Shown: positions 63,234 through 64,000 of the stretch, piece by piece
Layout of the letters: each line of letters begins with the position of its first letter
How positions within the stretch are numbered: position 1 is the first letter of the stretch
Origin: Schizochytrium sp. TIO01
Taxonomy: Eukaryota; Protista; Bigyra: Labyrinthulomycetes
NCBI GenBank assembly: GCA_004764695.1
Contig: SMSO01000025.1
Span: 3,596,001-3,660,000 of the forward strand
Reading direction: 5' to 3'
DNA: 64,000 nucleotides
Program-made: the position numbers and the translations under genes
Notes under the pieces: model-generated
What the model was told of the DNA's origin: nothing
What the model saw: the letters and a program-made list of their open reading frames with translations, nothing else
Database searches by the model: none

Positions 63234-64000
63234 GAAAGAGCAATTTCCTTTAAGCACTCATTAAAACTAACTCTCAAGAAACTAAATAATATGACCATGA
63301 CCAACGTCCTTAAAGGAGCGGTTTGAAAGAAAGGTGGCGAAGGCGACATTCGGGCTACGTCCCTTCCTTGCCAGGGCTGGAAGGTTGCAACCCCTGTTAG
63401 TATTAAGTATTTGGGTAGCTGGTTCTAGCTAGCCAGCCTTGTTCTCTTCACGAGCTGTCTATCCATCCATCTATCAATGAATGTGTTCCATTCTGTAAAG
63501 CCAAGTAGTCGAAACTCGAGGAGCCCGTTCTCCAGGCGCACTAGTGCAGCCACCATCGCGGTTGCTGCCAGGACTGCCCTGCTCGCGACCATGAGTGGCA
63601 CCCATCATACCACTTGCTTGGACGACCCAATCATTTGGAGCACGCAACAGCGTATTGGTGGAATGAATGTAATGCTGTTTGTTTTTGTAAACTCCGACTC
63701 GTGGCAGTGTCGTTCGTTCGTTTTTCAACCACATCTTGAAATGTTGAATGAACTACGCTCGGAATGTCTGTGCCGCAGAGTGCTTGCTCTACGCTTGAAA
63801 TTGGGGCCCTTGGGTCTCTAAAATCATCGCGGTGCCGTGATCTTTGCGAGTCGATATGCGAACATGGGTAGTGACGATTCGGGTACACCTCTCCCACTTC
63901 CTTGATCAGAGCGCTTCTTTGGAGGCAATGCATGCATGGCCTTCGCGAGTGGATGGATGGCTGATTGGTCGCTGTTTGATGAGCCGACTGGACTCGTTAT

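Overview
Eukaryotic, intron-poor genomic DNA. It is most likely from a labyrinthulomycete/thraustochytrid-type stramenopile (inference from single-exon genes, ApiAP2-like factors and microsatellite-rich intergenic DNA). The window has two halves. 1-24 kb is gene-dense: two tandem GMC oxidoreductases (the first is cut by the window edge and missing from the ORF track), RPS7, a SOUL heme-binding protein, LYAR, an LhgO/GlpA-like FAD oxidoreductase, a possible Tim44-like protein, SERBP1/Stm1 and an AP2-domain transcription factor. 24-64 kb holds only one convincing gene, a second paralogous AP2 factor. Each AP2 gene therefore has about 21 kb and at least 18 kb of non-coding DNA upstream, patterned as poly(dA:dT) spikes alternating with CpG-rich and microsatellite islands. 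The best candidate for an undescribed system is this pair of AP2 regulators with large cis-regulatory landscapes. The second is a conserved PTS2-like peroxisomal signal on both GMC paralogs. No tRNA, rRNA, CRISPR array or intact mobile element was seen.
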